From Akkermansiaceae bacterium (lineage in GTDB: Bacteria; Verrucomicrobiota; Verrucomicrobiia; Verrucomicrobiales; Akkermansiaceae), in NCBI GenBank assembly GCA_051251915.1, contig JBPOGF010000001.1, positions 64,001 through 128,000 of the forward strand: 64,000 nucleotides of DNA, in the 5' to 3' direction. Below the pieces are notes generated by a model. It was not told the DNA's origin. It did not search any database and saw only the letters and a list, made by a program, of their open reading frames with translations. The position numbers and the translations under genes are program-made. The first letter of the stretch is position 1, and the number at the start of each line of letters is the position of its first letter. Shown here one piece after another: positions 30,121 through 40,760 of the stretch.

Positions 30121-30137
30121 AGCAATTTTCATGCCAA
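30121..30137 (-). promoter_or_regulatory. Sigma-54 (-24/-12) promoter of glutamine synthetase
   Basis: The minus strand reads TTGGCAT-GAAAA-TTGCT, matching TGGCAC-N5-TTGCW, about 70 nt upstream of the ATG. Confidence 0.85.
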
Positions 30138-30322
30138 GATTTAGTAGAATCCTCAGTTAAGAGTATTTCTTAAGAAATCGTGCTCATTTCTAGCGATGTG
30201 AGAATTTGTTGTCGAGGAAGAGTTTCAGCAAATGTGGCATTTCTTCTGATTACTTGAGTTTGGTGTTGCAAATCAGACAAATCTGGAGATTGTCGCCGCA
30301 GAATTTTAGACCACAAGTAATT

Positions 30323-32146
30323 ATGACTGACAAGATAAGAAACATCGCGATTATCGCACACGTTGACCACGGCAAAACTACTTTAGTAGATAAGCTGTTG
30401 GAAGCGGGTGGAGCGTATCGTGAAAACCAAGAGAAGGTAGAACGCGCGATGGATTCCATGGATCTTGAAAAAGAAAAAGGGATTACCATCAAATCTAAGA
30501 ATACATCAATCCATTGGGAAGATTATACAATTAACATTATTGATACTCCAGGGCACGCCGACTTCGGTGGTGAGGTGGAGCGTGTGATGAAGATGGTAGA
30601 TGGAGTCCTCCTAGTGGTGGATGCCTATGAAGGGCCACAGGCTCAGACGCGTTTTGTGTTAAAGAAAGCACTAGCAGAGGGTCTTCACCCGATCGTAGTG
30701 GTTAACAAGATAGATAGAGATTTCGCACGTCCTGAGGAAGTGCATGATATGGTGTTAGAGCTCTTTTTGGAGCTTGAGGCTTCTGAAGAGCAGTTTGAGG
30801 CACCATTTTTCTATGGTTCAGCTAAGAATGGTTTCTTTATTGGAAATTTAAAAGATGATCAGGTGGATATGCTTCCATTGCTTAAGGGGATCGTGGACAG
30901 TGTTCCTGCTCCTGAGGCAACAGCAGATGAGCCTTTCCGCATGTTGGCTTCTAATATTGACTGGGATAACTACGTTGGCAGAATTGCTCTCGGTAAGGTG
31001 CTCTCTGGTCAAGTCCAGAAGGGTGACAGTGTTTGGCTGCACCGTAAGGATGGCACAAAGGTGCGTAGTAAGGTGAGCCGTGTGTTTGAGTATGGTTCTT
31101 CTGCTAGTGCTGAGTCAGCGGTGGCATCAGCTGGAAACATTGTAGGTATTGCAGGTTTTGAAGATATTGATATTGGTGAAACTTTAGCTGCTGCAGAAGA
31201 TGCGGAGGCATTACCATTTGTAAATATTGATCCTCCTACGATCCAGATGCAGTTCAGCATTAATGATGGACCGTATGCAGGTAGAGATGGCAAGCACGTG
31301 ACATCACGCGCTATCCGTGACCGCCTGTTCCGTGAGGTAAAGACTAACATCTCTATTGAGGTGAGTGATTCTGACCGCGCTGGTGTGTTCAATGTGGCAG
31401 CTCGTGGAGCGATGCAGATCGCGGTTCTTGTAGAGACAATGCGTCGTGAAGGATTTGAGGTTCTTGTTTCTAGACCAAGTGTAATTCTGAAGAAGGATGA
31501 GCATGGTAAGATGCTTGAGCCATTTGAGACTCTCTATGTAGAATGTCCAGAAGACGCCCTCGGTGGTGTGATGAAGACACTCGCTAACCGTAAGGCTCGC
31601 GTAGAGAACATGGGTATGAATGCTCATGGTTCTACTCTTGAGGCGACAGTTTCTACTCGTGGATTGATTGGATTTGAGTTCGAACTACTCGGACTAACAA
31701 GTGGTCATGGTATCATGTCTCACCTGTTTAAAGAGTATGCTCCATACTGTGGTGATATTTCTACTCGCTCTACTGGAACACTTATTTCAATGGCGACAGG
31801 AACAGCGATTCAGTATTCACTTCTTCCACTAGAGGATAGAGGTAAGCTTTTCATTAAGCCCGGTGATGAGGTTTATGAAGGTCAGGTAATTGGTGAGAAC
31901 CCACGCATGGTGGATCTTGCGGTGAACCCGATTAAAGAGAAAGCTCTTACTAACCACAGATCTGCTGGTAAGGATAATACACAGACACTTGCTCCACCGA
32001 TAGCGATGAGTCTTGAGCGTGCTATCGAATATATCAATGCTGATGAGCTAGTAGAGGCGACTCCTAGTCACTTACGTATTCGTAAGCGTATTCTTTGCCC
32101 TAACGAGCGTAAGCGCGCGGAGAAGAAGAAGGAGCAGAACTCATAG
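30323..32146 (+). CDS. typA: Translational GTPase TypA/BipA (start MTDKIRN)
   Basis: [46 protein letters not shown] and ELVEATP. Confidence 0.97.
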   Translation: MTDKIRNIAIIAHVDHGKTTLVDKLLEAGGAYRENQEKVERAMDSMDLEKEKGITIKSKNTSIHWEDYTINIIDTPGHADFGGEVERVMKMVDGVLLVVDAYEGPQAQTRFVLKKALAEGLHPIVVVNKIDRDFARPEEVHDMVLELFLELEASEEQFEAPFFYGSAKNGFFIGNLKDDQVDMLPLLKGIVDSVPAPEATADEPFRMLASNIDWDNYVGRIALGKVLSGQVQKGDSVWLHRKDGTKVRSKVSRVFEYGSSASAESAVASAGNIVGIAGFEDIDIGETLAAAEDAEALPFVNIDPPTIQMQFSINDGPYAGRDGKHVTSRAIRDRLFREVKTNISIEVSDSDRAGVFNVAARGAMQIAVLVETMRREGFEVLVSRPSVILKKDEHGKMLEPFETLYVECPEDALGGVMKTLANRKARVENMGMNAHGSTLEATVSTRGLIGFEFELLGLTSGHGIMSHLFKEYAPYCGDISTRSTGTLISMATGTAIQYSLLPLEDRGKLFIKPGDEVYEGQVIGENPRMVDLAVNPIKEKALTNHRSAGKDNTQTLAPPIAMSLERAIEYINADELVEATPSHLRIRKRILCPNERKRAEKKKEQNS

Positions 32147-32161
32147 TATAAGTTTCTTTAC

Positions 32162-32204
32162 AAAAAAGCCCTCTAACAGGTTATGCTGTTAGAGGGCTTT
32201 TTTT
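32162..32204. terminator. Bidirectional terminator between typA and dxs
   Basis: AAAAAAGCCCTCTAACAG-gttatg-CTGTTAGAGGGCTTTTTT. Confidence 0.92.
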
Positions 32205-32246
32205 GTAGTGATGTAAGGCTGAGACCGTCGTTTATAGAGGTCAGTT

Positions 32247-34127
32247 TTAGAGGTGCTTTTGCACTAGGGCTACGGCGTTTTCTGTGGTGATGCCGTGTTT
32301 TGCTCTGAGGATGTCTACTTTGCCATGCTCAACGAATTCATCTGGCCAGCCTATGCGTTCAACTGGGGTGTGGATTCCTGAGGTGTGGAGTAGCTCGATG
32401 ATGCTAGAGCCGAACCCGTTCATGAGGACGTGATCTTCGAAGGTGCATATAACTTTACATTTCTGAGCATACTCGGTGATGAGTTTTGCATCGAGTGGTT
32501 TGATCCAGCGCGGGTTAATGAGGGCTACTGAGTAGCCTAGGGCTTCGAGTTTCTCTTTTGTGGCGACGGCTATTTCGAAGAAGTGACCGAGTCCGATGAG
32601 GCAGATATCTGATCCATCGGCTACGAGTTCAGCTTCGCCAATTGTGAGGATTTCAGGTGTGGCCTTAGGTTTGGCTCCGACTCCGGCTCCACGAGGGAAT
32701 CGAATGCAGGTGGGGCCATCATTATAGGATGCCATGGTGTGGAGCATGTCTACGAACTCTGCTTCGTCCTTAGGCTGCATGTGAATGAGGTCTGGGACGT
32801 GACGAAGGTAACCAATATCAAATAATCCGTGGTGTGTAGGACCGTCATCTCCGCTGAGGCCTGCGCGGTCCATACAGAGGCGAACAGGTAAGTTTTGCAG
32901 AGCTATGTCATGAATGATCATGTCATAGGCGCGTTGCATAAATGTGGAGTATATGGCGAGGAAGGGCTTGTATCCTTCGCAGGCGTGACCGCAGGCGAAG
33001 AGGGCGGCGTGTTCTTCAGCGATGCCCACATCGAAGTAGCGCTCGTTGAGTTCCTTTTTAAAAATGTCTAGTTTGGTGCCGCCTGGCATTGCTGCGGTGA
33101 TGGCGGTGATTTTCTCATCTTTTTTCGCCATGTCGGTGACGGTGCGGCCGAAGATTTCTGAGAAAGTAGGCAATAGGGAAGACGTAGTAGAGCCGTCTTC
33201 CTTCTTGTATGGCCCTAGTCCGTGGAATTTTCCTGGGTTATCTATTGCAGGTGTATAGCCTTTACCTTTTTCTGTGATGGCGTGGAGGATGACGGGTTCA
33301 TCTTGCTCTTTGAGGTACAGGAAGGTGTCGATGAGGGCATTGACGTCATGTCCCTTGACTGGGCCATAGTAGCGGATGCCGAAGTTTTCGAAGAGGACGT
33401 TTTCAGAGAAGAGGTTCTTGGCTCCTTGTTCAACTTTATGGGCGAGCTTGCGGATGCCTGATCCGCCAAATTTCTCTAATAAGTCGGCAGACTTCTTTCT
33501 CACTGATGAATAAGTAGGGCTGGTTTGGAGTGTGTTAAAATAGCGGGAAATGGCACCTACATTTTTATCGATTGACCATTCATTATCATTGAGAACGATG
33601 ATGAATTTCTTGGTGGTGTCATGAATGTTGTTTAGAGCTTCAAGCGTGGCGCCACATGTGAATGCAGCATCACCTGCGAAGGCGATGACGTGGTTATCTT
33701 TTCCAGCAAGGTCTCTGGCTGAGGCCATTCCTAGTGCGGATGAAAGGGCTGTGCCCGCGTGTCCTGCGCCATAGGAATCATGCTCAGATTCTGTTCTGAG
33801 TAGGAAGCCGTTGAGTCCTTGGTATGTTCTGATCGTGTGAATTTCTTCAGCTCTCCCAGTTAGCATTTTGTGTACATATCCTTGATGGGAGACATCAAAT
33901 GTCATCTTGTCATCGGGGCTATCGAAGGCATAGTGCATTGCGATACATAGTTCGACAACGCCGAGGTTTGGCCCTAGATGGCCACCTGTGACGGAGAGTC
34001 TAGTAATGAGGACTTCACGGATTTCCTCAGCGAGCAACGGTAGATCGCTACGGTTGATTTTTTTGAGATCCGCTGGGGATTTGATCGTCTTTAAGAGACG
34101 TGGTAGTTCAGAAGAGTCGGATTTCAT
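32247..34127 (-). CDS. dxs: 1-deoxy-D-xylulose-5-phosphate synthase (start at 34127 or 34133)
   Basis: GGHLGPNLGVVEL, DVSHQGYVHK, GDAAFTCG...NDN, DVGIAEEHA, YSTFMQRAYD and DGPTHHG. Confidence 0.96.
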   Translation of the reverse strand: MKSDSSELPRLLKTIKSPADLKKINRSDLPLLAEEIREVLITRLSVTGGHLGPNLGVVELCIAMHYAFDSPDDKMTFDVSHQGYVHKMLTGRAEEIHTIRTYQGLNGFLLRTESEHDSYGAGHAGTALSSALGMASARDLAGKDNHVIAFAGDAAFTCGATLEALNNIHDTTKKFIIVLNDNEWSIDKNVGAISRYFNTLQTSPTYSSVRKKSADLLEKFGGSGIRKLAHKVEQGAKNLFSENVLFENFGIRYYGPVKGHDVNALIDTFLYLKEQDEPVILHAITEKGKGYTPAIDNPGKFHGLGPYKKEDGSTTSSLLPTFSEIFGRTVTDMAKKDEKITAITAAMPGGTKLDIFKKELNERYFDVGIAEEHAALFACGHACEGYKPFLAIYSTFMQRAYDMIIHDIALQNLPVRLCMDRAGLSGDDGPTHHGLFDIGYLRHVPDLIHMQPKDEAEFVDMLHTMASYNDGPTCIRFPRGAGVGAKPKATPEILTIGEAELVADGSDICLIGLGHFFEIAVATKEKLEALGYSVALINPRWIKPLDAKLITEYAQKCKVICTFEDHVLMNGFGSSIIELLHTSGIHTPVERIGWPDEFVEHGKVDILRAKHGITTENAVALVQKHL

Positions 34128-34380
34128 CGTCATCGTGGCTTGGTGATTGGGGGCTAGTGTCGGTGTTTTTTTCTGTGGCGTCATTAGCGATTACTTCTAG
34201 CCTTTTCTTGGCAGAAGTTAGGAATGCTTCACAGTCTTTGTGGAGTTTGGCACCCCGTTCGAATTTATCAATAAGTACTTGTAGAGGAAGTTGGTCTTCT
34301 TCCATGGAGACGACTATTTCTTCTAACTCAGTGACAGCTTCTTCAAAGGTGAATTCTTTAGTTGGTGACTTTTTCGGCAT
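34108..34380 (-). CDS. xseB: Exodeoxyribonuclease VII small subunit
   Basis: TFEEAVTELEEIVVSME...L...FERGAKL...C...L..A. Confidence 0.92.
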   Translation of the reverse strand: MPKKSPTKEFTFEEAVTELEEIVVSMEEDQLPLQVLIDKFERGAKLHKDCEAFLTSAKKRLEVIANDATEKNTDTSPQSPSHDDDEIRLF

Positions 34381-34397
34381 AGTGTGTGAAAGCAAAA

Positions 34398-36206
34398 TTA
34401 GTTTTGTTCTTCCATTTCCTGGTTACGTTGCTCTGGATCTATGTTGGTGTATAGCAAGTAGTTAAATGAGCTCATTCTCATCTGCTCGTCTTCAGAGATT
34501 GGAACGCGATGGTTGTAGCGGCCTTTAGTAGGAGATACTAATTCTTGAGTTTGTGGAGAATTCTCGGCGTATCCTGCGCCTCCTTGAATAATGCCTAGCC
34601 AATTGATAGTAAGCGGGGCGAGGTCTCCATACAGCTGGAAGTTTAATTTCAAATTATCTGAAGTTATAGAAGGAGTGAGATAGATTCCAGAGATATTAGC
34701 ACGGTATTTTTTTGCAATTGATTCGATTTCTTCTAGTTGTTTCAAATTTCCAGGGATCCAAATGGCAGTTCTATCTGCATACCAAGCGACTGCCCATGGT
34801 TGATCAGTGAAAACAATTTCTGTGTCTTTTACATATTTTGAAAATACCTGATTATGAATATATGGAGAATAGCCTGGAACTGTTTTTGGGCCACGTGCTC
34901 TGAAGTCATTTTGTAAGTTAATTAACATCGGGGTAGCTGTCACTATGATAATTACAATGAACGGAGTGAGACCTGCAATACCTGGTTGCTGGCTCAATGG
35001 GATTCTTGCCCAGAGGATACTGATCAGAGCTAATGCAAATGCTGACATCATGGGCATGAATAAAACATGAAGTTGATTTGGATCTAATGGGTTATCCGAT
35101 AGACCATAAACTGACATTCCGAGAGCTGCAGATATCCACATAATTAAAATCGCCCATCGAAACACAGCAATGCTCGTTCTTTTAAACGGATGAAACAATG
35201 CTAAGAAGAAGCCTGTGGCCATAAAGAATCCGCCAATGTATGAGTGGATTTGATTAGTCTGAAGTAATGTTGTCTTAATGACACGTGTCATAAGTTCTCT
35301 TACGTTCATTCCAGGTAGAGCCATTTGCCTAAAGCTATAATCTTGTCCTACTCCTGTGGCTCCATTAATGTAGTAATATGCGGTTCCTAGGAGGCCATCA
35401 CTATTTTTGGCGTTGAAGATGAGTGGGCCAGCGATGAAAATAGCCACTGTAATAGTTACAAAGATTGCTGAAATTCCGCGCGGTTTGAAGTAGCTTATGC
35501 AGAATAGGATGTAACCGAAGAATATCCATAGTGTCATCCAGTGAGCTAGAGCAAGTAGGCCAAACATGAAGCCAGATAAGATGACGGGGACAATAGGTGA
35601 GAGTCCAGCTTCTTGTCTCTGAACCGCTTTCCAGATGAGATAGCAGGCACCTGAGAAAATGCAGAGCATTAGCATTTGAGGTAGACCTGATTGTGAGAAA
35701 TTCCAAAAGTGCTCACTCACCAGCATTAATATAGCCACAATAGAGGCTATTTTTGTGTCAAACATGTTCGAGATGAGGATGAAATTGATACCGATGGCTA
35801 TCATAAAAAAAAGCACACAGGTTCCTGCTATTACTCGGTCTAACTCATATACGTCTTGGTTTTTAGTCATTGCGTAATTTGCTGGGTCATCGCCACCGAA
35901 GGCTTTGATCACACCCGCATAGATGAGAACGTTAAGAGGAGAGTGGGTAGTATCATAGAAATGATACATATCGATAGGCTTGTCTGCCTCTTGGAGTTGC
36001 TGAAGGGCGACGGGTCTGATGAATTTAGTAGTAATGCCTTCATTTTTAGCGATTTGACGACCTATTTGAGCTTGGTCCATGCCGTATTTTGAAGTCAGTC
36101 CTCTGAAGTTGAACATGATGTAGACAATGGCTAGGCCGATCATCAATGTGAAAAAGAGGATTCTATATATCGCTGATTTCGCGTCTATAGGTTTTTGTGT
36201 TTGCAT
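34398..36206 (-). CDS. Polytopic membrane glycosyltransferase, GT-C fold (ArnT/PMT-like)
   Basis: N-terminal TM, loop MDQAQIGRQIA...HSPL, more than 10 TM helices and a C-terminal soluble domain with TDQPWAVAWY. Confidence 0.7.
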   Translation of the reverse strand: MQTQKPIDAKSAIYRILFFTLMIGLAIVYIMFNFRGLTSKYGMDQAQIGRQIAKNEGITTKFIRPVALQQLQEADKPIDMYHFYDTTHSPLNVLIYAGVIKAFGGDDPANYAMTKNQDVYELDRVIAGTCVLFFMIAIGINFILISNMFDTKIASIVAILMLVSEHFWNFSQSGLPQMLMLCIFSGACYLIWKAVQRQEAGLSPIVPVILSGFMFGLLALAHWMTLWIFFGYILFCISYFKPRGISAIFVTITVAIFIAGPLIFNAKNSDGLLGTAYYYINGATGVGQDYSFRQMALPGMNVRELMTRVIKTTLLQTNQIHSYIGGFFMATGFFLALFHPFKRTSIAVFRWAILIMWISAALGMSVYGLSDNPLDPNQLHVLFMPMMSAFALALISILWARIPLSQQPGIAGLTPFIVIIIVTATPMLINLQNDFRARGPKTVPGYSPYIHNQVFSKYVKDTEIVFTDQPWAVAWYADRTAIWIPGNLKQLEEIESIAKKYRANISGIYLTPSITSDNLKLNFQLYGDLAPLTINWLGIIQGGAGYAENSPQTQELVSPTKGRYNHRVPISEDEQMRMSSFNYLLYTNIDPEQRNQEMEEQN

Positions 36207-36240
36207 AGGTTGTATTGAAATTAAATTGGTTTTAAATCAG

Positions 36241-37668
36241 TTAGAGGTCTTTTAGTTTGCGTTGAAGAGTGCGTCTGCTGATGCCCAAAAGCTCGGCGGC
36301 AAGGGTTCTATTGCCGCCGGAATGTTCTAACGCTCTTGTGATAGTCATTTTCTCCAGCGCACTCAAGTTGAAATCGGCCGGTTTCGCAAGACTGTTTTTT
36401 GTTTCTTGGTTATCTAATGGGTCATTTGGGAGGTCATTTTGGCGAATAGATTCATTTTTGGCAATGAATGCAGGCAGATGTCGGGGGCTGATGAATTTGT
36501 CATTACTCATGACGACACCATGTTCTATGGCGGTTCGTAGTTCTCTGACGTTTCCTGGCCAGCGGTATTCTTGTAGTAAATGGGCTGCTTCGTCACTCAG
36601 GGGTTTTTCTTCACGATTGTTCTCTTTAGCAAATTCTTTAAGGAAAGCATTTGCTAACAAAATAATGTCCTCAGTGCGTTTTCTGAGTGGAGGCATTTCT
36701 ATTTTTACAACGTTAAGGCGGAAAAATAAGTCTTCTCTAAAGTCGCCTTTAGCTACCATTTTGCGTAAGTTTTTGTTTGTGGCAGTTACGACTCGGACAT
36801 CGACTTTGATGGGGGCGTTGGAGCCTACGCGTTCGATGGTTTTTTCACTTAGGACACGTAGGAGTTTAACTTGTGTGGCTTGATCGATCTCACCGATTTC
36901 ATCGAGGAAAATGGTTCCGCCGTTGGCTTGCTCGAATCGGCCCATTCTTCTTTGCGTGGCACCGGTGAAAGCTCCTTTTTCGTGGCCGAATAATTCGCTT
37001 TCGAGTAGCTGTGGGCTGAGGGCTGCGCAGTTTACGGTCACTAGTTTATCTGCGGGTCTGCCGCTCATTGTGTGAATGGCGCCAGCTACTAGTTCCTTAC
37101 CTGTGCCGCTTTCACCTTCTACTAAGACTGTGGCTTTAGTGGGAGCGATCTGGGTAATCATTTGATGGACTTGGGTCATGGCGGGGGAGCTGCCGATGAG
37201 ACGTTCGAGTCCATGAGGTGATTTGCCCGTTTGCTTACGGAGTTGTTGGTTTTCTTGCTCTAGTTTGACAATTTTAGTGTCTTGTTTACGTCCACGGAGG
37301 GCGCGTTTGATGAGCATTTCTACTTCATCTAGGTTGAGTGGTTTAGTAACGAAGTGCCACGCGCCTCTGCGCATGGCTTCCACTGCTGTGTCAACGCTTC
37401 CGTATGCTGTCATCATGACGGCTATGGGCGGGCGGGGTAGGGCGAGTGCTTGATCTAAGAGGTCCATGCCGTTGTCGCCGCCCATTCTGAGGTCGGTTAG
37501 CATGAGGTCTACTTTCTCGCTTTTTAGAATGTTCATGGCCTCGCGGATGTCGGAAGCTACGTAGCAGTCAAAGCTCTCCTCTAGGGCTAATCGTAGACCA
37601 TCGCGGGTGGATTTCTCGTCATCGACGATTAGAACCACGGCGTTATTATCCTTGTTAAAATCTATCAT
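36241..37668 (-). CDS. Sigma-54-dependent response regulator (NtrC family)
   Basis: Receiver domain VLIVDDE...TDLRM, GESGTGKE, GAFTGA, FLDEIGE, WPGNVREL and Fis-type HTH. Confidence 0.96.
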   Translation of the reverse strand: MIDFNKDNNAVVLIVDDEKSTRDGLRLALEESFDCYVASDIREAMNILKSEKVDLMLTDLRMGGDNGMDLLDQALALPRPPIAVMMTAYGSVDTAVEAMRRGAWHFVTKPLNLDEVEMLIKRALRGRKQDTKIVKLEQENQQLRKQTGKSPHGLERLIGSSPAMTQVHQMITQIAPTKATVLVEGESGTGKELVAGAIHTMSGRPADKLVTVNCAALSPQLLESELFGHEKGAFTGATQRRMGRFEQANGGTIFLDEIGEIDQATQVKLLRVLSEKTIERVGSNAPIKVDVRVVTATNKNLRKMVAKGDFREDLFFRLNVVKIEMPPLRKRTEDIILLANAFLKEFAKENNREEKPLSDEAAHLLQEYRWPGNVRELRTAIEHGVVMSNDKFISPRHLPAFIAKNESIRQNDLPNDPLDNQETKNSLAKPADFNLSALEKMTITRALEHSGGNRTLAAELLGISRRTLQRKLKDL

Positions 37669-38858
37669 TCCTCTGTTTCTACATCTATTAGCGGTTTACT
37701 GTCATCTGTCTCAAGGAGACGGATATGCTTTTCCATTCTTGGAAAATAGAGGTTCACTGTAGTTCCTTTGTTTTCTTCGCTGTCGATTTCCATTTCGCCT
37801 CCATGTTCACGTACGATGCGGCGGACAATGAGTAAGCCTAGTCCTGATCCTGATTTCTTGGTGGTGCGGAAGGGTTCGAATAGCGCACCCATGTGCTCGG
37901 GGGAAATTCCTTTGCCGTTATCTGTGATACTTATGACGACTTCGTGATCTGTGAACTTTGTATCAATCGTGATTTGGCCGTCCTTGGAGGTGACTGCTTG
38001 GGCTGCATTTCGGATTAAATTATAGAGGGCTTGTTGGATCTGGCCAGCGTCGAGATCCATTAGAGGTAAGTTTTCTGTGAGTTCTAGATTGATTTTGATG
38101 TCTCGTTCTATCAGCTCGGCTTCGAGGGTTTCTAGTGTGTCACGTAGGATGTTGTGAAGTTGCACTTTTTCACGCATTGAGCCTTGTGGGCGTAGTGCGT
38201 GTAGGAATTGTTTCAAGATGTTATCTAGCCGTTTGATTTCCTGTTTGGCTGTTCCTAGTAGTTTGCTGAGGTCTTGTTTTTCTTTGCCTTCAAGTTTGTT
38301 GATTTTTCTGCCGAGTAGCTGGAGGTGGATGTCTAGTGAGGTTAGTGGATTTCCTATCTCGTGAGCTACGCCGGCGGCGAGGAATGTCAGGGCGTTTAGT
38401 TTCTCGGTCTCTAGGTTTTCCTCATGGGCTTTTTTGCTCTTGGTGATGTCATGGATGAGCATCACGTAACCGAGATGTTCTTCTTTGCTTTCCACTTGGC
38501 CATTGATTGGTGCTAGGTAGAAGTTGAGGAACCTGTTTTCAGGGTAAAATACCTCCATGTCTCGTGTTACTACGCGATCTGGATGAGCAAGGTTGCTCCA
38601 GTCGAGTCCTCGGATGACCGAGTTCACTTTTTGTCCGACACAACGAGTGGTGTCGACGCCTAGTAGCTGATGGACTGCGCGATTTGCGAAGGTGATGTTT
38701 CCATCTGGATCTAGGATGAATACCCCCTCACGAAGTGCTTCAAAGACGCTTTCCATGAAGCCTTTTTCGCGCACTAATCTTGAGACTAGGTTCTGCACCT
38801 CGCTGGGTGAGAACCGATCTAGTCTGGTGATTAGTTTGTCTAGAAAGCCGTCTTTCAT
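37665..38858 (-). CDS. Cytoplasmic PAS sensor histidine kinase (start MKDGFL)
   Basis: PAS domain, H-box AHEIGNPL, NLIRNA, DNGKGI and GSGLGL; overlaps the regulator start. Confidence 0.93.
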   Translation of the reverse strand: MKDGFLDKLITRLDRFSPSEVQNLVSRLVREKGFMESVFEALREGVFILDPDGNITFANRAVHQLLGVDTTRCVGQKVNSVIRGLDWSNLAHPDRVVTRDMEVFYPENRFLNFYLAPINGQVESKEEHLGYVMLIHDITKSKKAHEENLETEKLNALTFLAAGVAHEIGNPLTSLDIHLQLLGRKINKLEGKEKQDLSKLLGTAKQEIKRLDNILKQFLHALRPQGSMREKVQLHNILRDTLETLEAELIERDIKINLELTENLPLMDLDAGQIQQALYNLIRNAAQAVTSKDGQITIDTKFTDHEVVISITDNGKGISPEHMGALFEPFRTTKKSGSGLGLLIVRRIVREHGGEMEIDSEENKGTTVNLYFPRMEKHIRLLETDDSKPLIDVETEE

Positions 38859-38933
38859 TTGCGCGACACAATGGCACACTGCCTACTTATATGCAATCAG
38901 GATTCCTTATTTTAAATGACAGCTATTAGGGAG

Positions 38934-39485
38934 TTATGGTTGTGTTGTTGGCGTAGCTTTTTTTGCAGGTTCTTTCAGTAGGGTGTCGGCTAGTGCTCGC
39001 GCCTTTTCGGATTCATCTTTGCCGCTGAATGAGCCTAGTAATTTAGAGTCACCTTTGTTGAGTGCGATCACTAATAATACGGATTTCATGCTTTGTTTTG
39101 CTTCGTCAGAGGTGCCGGAGTAGCGGTAGATGATGGCGTGAGGGGTGAATGATTGCCCTTTTACGACTCCTCGCCATTCGACTACCTCATTGGCTACATG
39201 GGCAAATACACCGGGGCTGGCTTTAAGTGTGTCTCGATATAAATCACTTACTTTTTCACCATATTTAATCTCGATAATGCTTCTGCCGTCACCTCCATGG
39301 TGGAGGAGTTCGTAGCCTCCGAAGCCGGGGCAGAGTTCTACGAAGAAGTCGATTTCGGGGTTTTCTAGTAGTTCTGAACTTTCTAATACTGCTACGTGTT
39401 TACGATTTGTAGAGGAGTAAAATGAAGTTATTGTGTTCGGTAAAGCGACTAAGGAAGATAGGATTAAGAAGGCAAATATTTTCAT
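38934..39485 (-). CDS. Hypothetical exported protein
   Basis: Hydrophobic N-terminus; CPGFGGY and VEWRG segments. Confidence 0.7.
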   Translation of the reverse strand: MKIFAFLILSSLVALPNTITSFYSSTNRKHVAVLESSELLENPEIDFFVELCPGFGGYELLHHGGDGRSIIEIKYGEKVSDLYRDTLKASPGVFAHVANEVVEWRGVVKGQSFTPHAIIYRYSGTSDEAKQSMKSVLLVIALNKGDSKLLGSFSGKDESEKARALADTLLKEPAKKATPTTQP

Positions 39486-39509
39486 ATCTTTAACATGAGG
39501 TAGATTTTA

Positions 39510-40592
39510 TCACCTGTCAATATCCTGCCATTTCACTAGAGATCCAAGAGGGGTAAGGCCATCGTGGTGCCAAGTTAAGCTTGGCATTTGGGATTGGCCT
39601 AGGGGGCAAAGTCGGGGAACGTTGTAATCTGGATTTTCGTCTAGAATTGATCGTTCCACAGCGAGGGTGGAAATGTATTCGCGTTCAAGTCCGAGATCTG
39701 TGAAGTTTTCTGGCCATGGTTGGACTGTTATCACTCGGTTGAGTATTGATGGCTTGAGGGTGGGGGAGTTTTTGTAGATGGCTGTCCAGCTGGTGTTTCC
39801 GAGGCTATGTTCTAGGGCTATGTTATCCGGATCATTGGCGGCTTCATAACGGATGACTTCTCTTAAGTTTGAAATAGCACCACTTTCAGAAATGCCGATG
39901 TCTCCGCGAGGGTTTATTGCTTCATATTCCCGCATTGAATCGACTAATAAGGGGAGGAAATCTCGTGCGTTTTGCTTTACAAAGACTGTGTGTAGGGACA
40001 GGCATCCTTGTTGGTTGAACGCGCAGGCGTCTTGGGTGACTAATTTAGCAGCTTCTGCGCTGGGAGTGTTGACCAAGCCTATCGACAGTTTGTGGCCGTG
40101 TGGGATGAATCTTTGGTGTGGGGAGATGCGTTGTTGGATCTCAGCCATGGTGGTGTCTGACCCGATTGCGATGACTGTTTTTGCAGAGCTGAAGATTTCA
40201 TCGTTGAGATCTGCGGTGATTGTTACTAATTGTGATAAGGTTTCGGGGAGTTTTTCCACCCATGTGTTTAGCTCGGGCAGTCCGCTCGATGGTAATTTCA
40301 CCAAATTCTTAGCTCCAACGAGTAATCCTCGAAGAAGACTCTGTAAGCCTGCGTGTGGGGTGTTGCCGCTGAGAATGTGTAAGATAGGGCCGTTGGCGAG
40401 CGCTTTGGTGGTTTTGGAAAACTTACCTCTGGTCTGGTAATTTACAAATTTATCGAGAACTTCAGTATTTCCGAGCTCTAATTCGACCCAATCTAGGAGA
40501 TCTTGTGCGTTGAATTTTCCTAGATATCTCTCAGAGGTGAGTTTTTCGCAATGTATGGCTAGTAGTTCAGCCCGCTTGGCAGTGGTGGTCAT
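39510..40592 (-). CDS. LuxC-family acyl-CoA reductase (start MTTTAK)
   Basis: LHILSGNTP, VKLPS, GSDTT, HGHKLS, catalytic Cys in QQGCLS and GQSQMPSLTWHHDG. Confidence 0.85.
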   Translation of the reverse strand: MTTTAKRAELLAIHCEKLTSERYLGKFNAQDLLDWVELELGNTEVLDKFVNYQTRGKFSKTTKALANGPILHILSGNTPHAGLQSLLRGLLVGAKNLVKLPSSGLPELNTWVEKLPETLSQLVTITADLNDEIFSSAKTVIAIGSDTTMAEIQQRISPHQRFIPHGHKLSIGLVNTPSAEAAKLVTQDACAFNQQGCLSLHTVFVKQNARDFLPLLVDSMREYEAINPRGDIGISESGAISNLREVIRYEAANDPDNIALEHSLGNTSWTAIYKNSPTLKPSILNRVITVQPWPENFTDLGLEREYISTLAVERSILDENPDYNVPRLCPLGQSQMPSLTWHHDGLTPLGSLVKWQDIDR

Positions 40593-40760
40593 TGTGAGGG
40601 AGTATCTCGATACTGCCACAACTAGCCAAGAAAAAAGCGTGTCTGGAGTTGTTCTATTCTGCTAATAACTGGCTAAAATTCAGTTAAAAGCCACTTTTTT
40701 CAAGAAAAAGCAAAAATAGGCTTGCAAAAAACTGGGTTCTCTATATATACCGCTTCCTCT

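Noticed and set aside
30233..30250. TGGCAT upstream of typA as a second sigma-54 promoter
   Set aside because: The -12 element reads CTGAT rather than TTGC
30206..30322. N-terminal extensions in the ORF track for typA (also lpdA, dxs, rpsN and 58742-60808)
   Set aside because: Family homology begins at a downstream ATG; the extensions overlap promoters or neighbouring genes
39510..40592. Bioluminescence locus
   Set aside because: No luxA, luxB, luxD or luxE in the window
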